Shown here: piece after piece, positions 55,801 through 59,760 of the stretch
Layout of the letters: each line of letters begins with the position of its first letter
How positions within the stretch are numbered: the stretch's first letter is position 1
IMG/VR virus record: IMGVR_UViG_3300045135_000357
Coordinates: 1 to 59,760 of that record
Reading direction: 5' to 3' (one strand)
From: a virus
Lineage: Duplodnaviria; Caudoviricetes
Length of the DNA stretch: 59,760 nt
Made by a program: the position numbers and the translations under genes
Notes under the pieces: model-generated
Seen by the model: the letters and a program-made list of their open reading frames with translations, nothing else
Database searches by the model: none
What the model was told of the DNA's origin: nothing

Positions 55801-56133
55801 TTATGCGTCTTCGTCTGCATCGAAATCAAATTCGAGTTGGTCTTCGTCATGGGTTACTTCGCCCATTGACAGTACTGAGCCTTCCACACCGGTCACTTCT
55901 ACTGCGACGTCTGCGGATGCTGCTTCTTCCTCTTCTTTCTGCATCGCCATAAGCGCTTCGGCTACGGCAGGGCGATTGAAGCGGTAGGTGTTGCCCAGCT
56001 TGATGTAGGTGTTCTCGGGGATGTACCCCTGCCGCACCCATGCACGGATCGTGGACACCGACACGCAGAAATACTGCGATAGGTTCTCGATGGTCACAAA
56101 CGGGCTTTTCTCTTTCACGACTTTGTCGGTCAT
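55801..56133 (-). CDS. Excisionase/MerR-like HTH protein with acidic tail
   Basis: TIENLSQYFCVSVSTIRAWVRQGYIP...KLGNTYRF. Confidence 0.75.
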   Translation of the reverse strand: MTDKVVKEKSPFVTIENLSQYFCVSVSTIRAWVRQGYIPENTYIKLGNTYRFNRPAVAEALMAMQKEEEEAASADVAVEVTGVEGSVLSMGEVTHDEDQLEFDFDADEDA

Positions 56134-56531
56134 TTCTTCCTCACAGAAATTACGTACTCGGAATCCACGTTGAGGCCCGGCGGTAGCAGGTCGGGGTTTT
56201 CCTCTAGGAATTGCTGCACGTTGGTTTGGTTAAGGCTCTTGGTCAGAAACTCAGGCACCTCATGCGCAAGAATAAACTTGTGCATCGACTCCCAGTCGCT
56301 GGTCCAATACTTCTTCTTCACAGAGCGGTAGAACAGCCCTGCATCGGTACGAACGCTCTCGACGCCATGTTCTTTGCAGTAGTCGAGAAGTGCACGCTTC
56401 ACGCGATCTTGCTTCTCCTTCAGTTCGGCGTCTTCTTTTTTGAACGCCGCCGAAATCGCTGCCCGCTTATCGCGTATCTTCAAGTACACGCGGGTCAACT
56501 TTTCGACTGATACTTTTTCGTCAGTCATCAT
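56130..56531 (-). CDS. Conserved phage replication-module protein (~132 aa)
   Basis: Coiled coil, SVRTDAG, SDWES, LPPGL; SD AGGAG. Confidence 0.75.
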   Translation of the reverse strand: MMTDEKVSVEKLTRVYLKIRDKRAAISAAFKKEDAELKEKQDRVKRALLDYCKEHGVESVRTDAGLFYRSVKKKYWTSDWESMHKFILAHEVPEFLTKSLNQTNVQQFLEENPDLLPPGLNVDSEYVISVRKK

Positions 56532-56574
56532 GTTCTCCTTTGCCTAGACCTTATAGATACTGACTTATAATGCG

Positions 56575-58110
56575 CTAGTCAAGTATCTGTTTGTACAAGT
56601 CGATAATTCTTGTGTGCACGTCTATTCTGTTATCAAGCAGCGCGTAAACGTGTTTTTCTACGGGTGCGCCTTGCAGCTGCACGACAGTACACGGATGCTT
56701 CTGTCCAGAACGATGCACACGAGCGTTCGCTTGTGCGTAGGTCTCTAGTGAGGACGTAGGTCCCCACCATACGACAGTGTTGGCTGCGGTTAAAGTCACA
56801 CCATGTGCTGCCGATTGGGGCTGGATCACCAATATCTTGGGGTCAGGGGTCTCTTGGAACCGTTTGAATATCTCCGTGCGCTTCGCTGCTGGTACGTCTC
56901 CGCGAATCACTTCGGCGGTGTGTCCGTCCTTCCGCAGCTTCTCGACAAGCACGTCGATGGTGTGCCTAAACGGTACAAACACGAGCACCTTCTGGCTGCT
57001 CTCGTCTATAACTTCTTTCAGCACGTTGTATCGGTTCTTGATGTCGAACTCTAGCGTCGAGCCGTCGTCGGTATACACAGCCCCAGCGCTGATCTGCAGG
57101 AGTTTGTTCATAGCAATCGCCGCATTTGGTGCGGTGACCTCTTCTCCTGCGGCCTCCATGACCAGTCGGTTCTTCAGTTCGTTGTAATACTTCTTCTGCT
57201 GGCGGGTAAGTTCGACGTCGCGCTTCACGTACGTCATGTCCGGCAGGTCGAGGCATTGCTCCTTGGTGAAGCGGATGGCTGGTTGCAGTGCGTTATACAC
57301 GGTCTCCGTCGCATTCGGCTTCGCTATCCATTTGAACTGCGTGATCTTCATCATCACTTGGTCGCGGAACGCACCGAAAAAACGCGGTACGGCAGTGGGG
57401 TTTACCAGCTTAGCTAGACCGAACGCGTCGAGCGGGGACTGCGCGGCGGGTGTACCCGTCATCATCCACAGCCACGTATCATCAGTTACTAATCGGTTGA
57501 GGCACTTCCACCGCTTGCTCTGTGCGTTCTTGTAGTGTGTTGCCTCGTCGATAATGATGAGGTCGAACCCGCCGTTACGTATCTCCTCTTCGACGATCTC
57601 TACGCCATCGAAGTTGATGACGATGAACTCCGCCCCACCGTTGATAATCTTCTTGCGCTTCTCCGCTGAGCCATGGGCCACGTCTACCGTGCGGTGCATA
57701 GCAACCTCGAACAGGTCTGCGCGCCATGCTGAGTCCATGATCGACAGCGGGCAGATCACCAGTGCACGACGCACCTTGCCTTGCTTCATCAGGAAGTCCG
57801 CTGCCCAGATAGCAGAGGCAGTCTTGCCGGTGCCCTGTTCGTTGAAGCAGAATGACTTCTTGTGCAGTGTGAGGAACTCGGCGGTAGTGCGCTGATGGTC
57901 CATAGGCTTATAGCGACCGGGCCAGTCGTATCGCCCAGAAATCGGGGACGGTGCCTTTACACCCAAGCTGCGCAGGGTCTGCACCTCATCCACACCCCAG
58001 CTAACCGCAACCTCGTGAGGGCCGGTGGCCTTACTCTTGGGGATGGTTTCAGTGACACGTTTTGGATTGCGCAACCTAAGTAGGAGCGCCTTGCTGTTGA
58101 TAATCTTCAT
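56575..58110 (-). CDS. SNF2-family superfamily 2 helicase
   Basis: EQGTGKT, IIDEATH, MTGTP, HGVTLTAA, QANARVHRSGQ. Confidence 0.92.
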   Translation of the reverse strand: MKIINSKALLLRLRNPKRVTETIPKSKATGPHEVAVSWGVDEVQTLRSLGVKAPSPISGRYDWPGRYKPMDHQRTTAEFLTLHKKSFCFNEQGTGKTASAIWAADFLMKQGKVRRALVICPLSIMDSAWRADLFEVAMHRTVDVAHGSAEKRKKIINGGAEFIVINFDGVEIVEEEIRNGGFDLIIIDEATHYKNAQSKRWKCLNRLVTDDTWLWMMTGTPAAQSPLDAFGLAKLVNPTAVPRFFGAFRDQVMMKITQFKWIAKPNATETVYNALQPAIRFTKEQCLDLPDMTYVKRDVELTRQQKKYYNELKNRLVMEAAGEEVTAPNAAIAMNKLLQISAGAVYTDDGSTLEFDIKNRYNVLKEVIDESSQKVLVFVPFRHTIDVLVEKLRKDGHTAEVIRGDVPAAKRTEIFKRFQETPDPKILVIQPQSAAHGVTLTAANTVVWWGPTSSLETYAQANARVHRSGQKHPCTVVQLQGAPVEKHVYALLDNRIDVHTRIIDLYKQILD

Positions 58111-58122
58111 GTTCTCTCCGGT

Positions 58123-58139
58123 GTTAGTGCGGCACTAAC
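58123..58139. promoter_or_regulatory. Conserved inverted repeat copy 12, GTTAGTG-cgg-CACTAAC
   Basis: Contains the TAG stop of the upstream gene; 3 nt upstream of the helicase SD GGAG. Confidence 0.85.
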
Positions 58140-58419
58140 GCTTCTTGCCCTTGCTCAGAGCACCTCCTGCAGCGCGGTTTTTTGCGCGGCTTTGGACGGT
58201 GTACCCGTTCTTGTTGCTACCGCCTCGGGACAGCGGCTTCTTGTGGGCAATATCCTTACCCTCACGCTTGTCCGCTACGCCATTCTTGTTGGCGTCTTTA
58301 CCTGTCTTGTCCATGGCCCGACGAGCACGTTGCCGTTCCATACGGTCGGCGTGTTCACCGCGCGCCTTCTGCTGCTGGTACTCTTTCTTGTACGGACGTG
58401 GTTTGTTTTTGTAGGGCAT
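58135..58419 (-). CDS. Small basic HNH-like protein (94 aa, MPYKNKPR...)
   Basis: KDIAHKKPLSRGGSN...SRAKNR resembles an HNH core; TGATG coupling at 58419. Confidence 0.55.
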   Translation of the reverse strand: MPYKNKPRPYKKEYQQQKARGEHADRMERQRARRAMDKTGKDANKNGVADKREGKDIAHKKPLSRGGSNKNGYTVQSRAKNRAAGGALSKGKKR

Positions 58420-59084
58420 CAGTTTGCTCCATTGTGGGGACATTCAGTTACAGGGCAGTGGCGCTTACACAAGCCGCTTGGCCGTGGGTTCCACACCTCT
58501 ACCTCGAACGCTTTCTTCATGGCACCATGCTTAGCCAACCACTTCCGCCACAGTTCGTCCTTATCAAACTCCGTGTAACTTCCTTTGACAAGGGCAGTAG
58601 CAATCACGAACAGTAGTCCTGCTTTGATACGCTTGACCTGCGGGAAGTGTGCGAACACAGTCAGAGCCATCAACTCCAGCTGACCCTTGTCGGCATACTT
58701 GGCTGACTTACCAGTCTTGTAGTCTACCACCCATGCCAGATCGCCGTCGATGATGATGAGGTCGGCAATACCCCGGAACCACACGTCCTTCGCGAAGAAG
58801 TCGCAGGGTTCTAGGTTCTCCGTTAGACCCATCTTACGTTCGCACAGCTTCTCCCCCGGCTTCGCTTTGAGCCGCTCGATTGCCTTGGTCGCGAAAGAAA
58901 ACTTGGCAGGGATCGGCGTGTCATCACGTACGAAATCCTCTGCCGCCTTATGAAACTCAGTCCCGTACCGCATCGCCTCAGTCTCCTGAAACGGAAACTG
59001 CTTGAGGACGTTGACGTGGTAAAACTGCTTAGGACAGGTCTCGAAGGCTTTCAATCGACTGTAGGACCAAGGCGCTGCGCTCAT
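58419..59084 (-). CDS. PD-(D/E)XK exonuclease (RecB/Cas4-like)
   Basis: WSYSRLKAFETCP, GTEFH, RGIADL, VDYKTGK, QLELMA, C-terminal Cys cluster. Confidence 0.88.
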   Translation of the reverse strand: MSAAPWSYSRLKAFETCPKQFYHVNVLKQFPFQETEAMRYGTEFHKAAEDFVRDDTPIPAKFSFATKAIERLKAKPGEKLCERKMGLTENLEPCDFFAKDVWFRGIADLIIIDGDLAWVVDYKTGKSAKYADKGQLELMALTVFAHFPQVKRIKAGLLFVIATALVKGSYTEFDKDELWRKWLAKHGAMKKAFEVEVWNPRPSGLCKRHCPVTECPHNGAN

Positions 59085-59760
59085 TCACATTCTCCGTAAC
59101 TTTTTGCTGTTCCGGCTTCGCAGTCCACGGGCAGACCTGCTGCCCAATCCGGTGTCCACCGCATCGACTCTTCTACGTAAGCCACTGCGTCGGCCACTTC
59201 GGCGTCGGGTACACAGCATACGATGGAGTCATGAACAGTTAACACTACTTTGTATCGCTTGGCAATCCGTAGCATCTGTTCGCCAATGATGCACCTTGCA
59301 ACGCCTTGGCACACGTTCTCGACCACTTTACCGCCGTAGATTTTGTTGTCTCCCGAGCGGACCTTGTAATAATACTGTGGCCCCTTCTCTTCCTCGACTG
59401 CGAATAGGCCGTGGTAATACATGGGTAGGCCACTTGGCAGGATGATGGCTTTCTTATTGGGGTCTACCCCCAGCACACCTGCGCGACCTAAGTTTAGTTT
59501 GTCACCCTGTGCCATATAGCGGAGCATGTTCTGTGCCGACCGCCACAGCTGACTAATCTTCCAGTTGGTGTCACGGTAGATGTTGATGACCCGCCGTGCC
59601 TCGTCCAACTCCATGTCAAAGCCGAACGTCTTTAGCTGCGCTTGGAACTTGACGGCACCCATGCCGTAACCTGCACCGAGGATTGTGGTCTTACCCACGA
59701 ACCGCTGGTCTTTGGTCACGTCGTCTACGTCCACACCGTAGATGCTAGACGCCATCTTCT
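59081..59760 (-). CDS. Family A DNA polymerase, C-terminal part (5' end outside the window)
   Basis: Motif B RFVGKTTILGAGYGMG, ENVCQGVAR, motif C TVHDSIV; frame open to the window end. Confidence 0.9.
   Translation of the reverse strand, partial: KMASSIYGVDVDDVTKDQRFVGKTTILGAGYGMGAVKFQAQLKTFGFDMELDEARRVINIYRDTNWKISQLWRSAQNMLRYMAQGDKLNLGRAGVLGVDPNKKAIILPSGLPMYYHGLFAVEEEKGPQYYYKVRSGDNKIYGGKVVENVCQGVARCIIGEQMLRIAKRYKVVLTVHDSIVCCVPDAEVADAVAYVEESMRWTPDWAAGLPVDCEAGTAKSYGECE

Noticed and set aside
55801-56133. Evidence of lysogeny from an excisionase-like HTH
   Set aside because: No integrase, att site or CI/Cro pair in the window; lifestyle cannot be decided here.
58419-59084. Cas4 as part of a CRISPR adaptation system
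   Set aside because: It sits in the usual polymerase-nuclease-helicase replication cluster with no cas1/cas2.
1-59760. tRNA/rRNA genes, introns or inteins
   Set aside because: None recognised by eye; terL, helicase and primase lengths show no obvious insertion. tRNAscan and Rfam would be needed to exclude them formally.

Overview
A ~60 kb internal slice (open at both ends) of a tailed dsDNA phage genome with P22/podovirus-like morphogenesis genes; a GcrA-like HTH and the base composition hint at an alphaproteobacterial host (inference). Layout: (i) 1-7586, leftward early genes (MoxR-type AAA+ ATPase, metallopeptidase-VWA partner, DUF3150-like protein, C4 zinc finger, GcrA-like HTH) with sigma70-type promoters and a highly structured non-coding region at 6250-7060; (ii) 8056-51713, rightward late module (terminase, portal, GroES, capsid, adaptors, fibres, three tandem six-repeat propeller-like proteins, lysis cassette, tail tube, an acyl carrier protein, and giant ejection/polyvalent proteins of 2577 and 2285 aa); (iii) 51801-59760, leftward replication module (primase-helicase, SSB-like, SNF2 helicase, PD-(D/E)XK nuclease, family A DNA polymerase). 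The strongest unexplained signals are: 12 copies of a perfect inverted repeat GTTAGTG-N3-5-CACTAAC, mostly just upstream of Shine-Dalgarno sites of leftward genes; a 3-copy 52-53 bp repeat array with unique spacers that carries this element; an origin-like long inverted repeat with IHF-consensus sites; an ACP translationally coupled to the ejection-protein genes; and a shared [YMF]-[AKQ]-x-G-G peptide in seven late proteins. No integrase, RNA polymerase, reverse transcriptase, cas gene or tRNA was recognised. All calls come from reading motifs by eye; no database searches were run.
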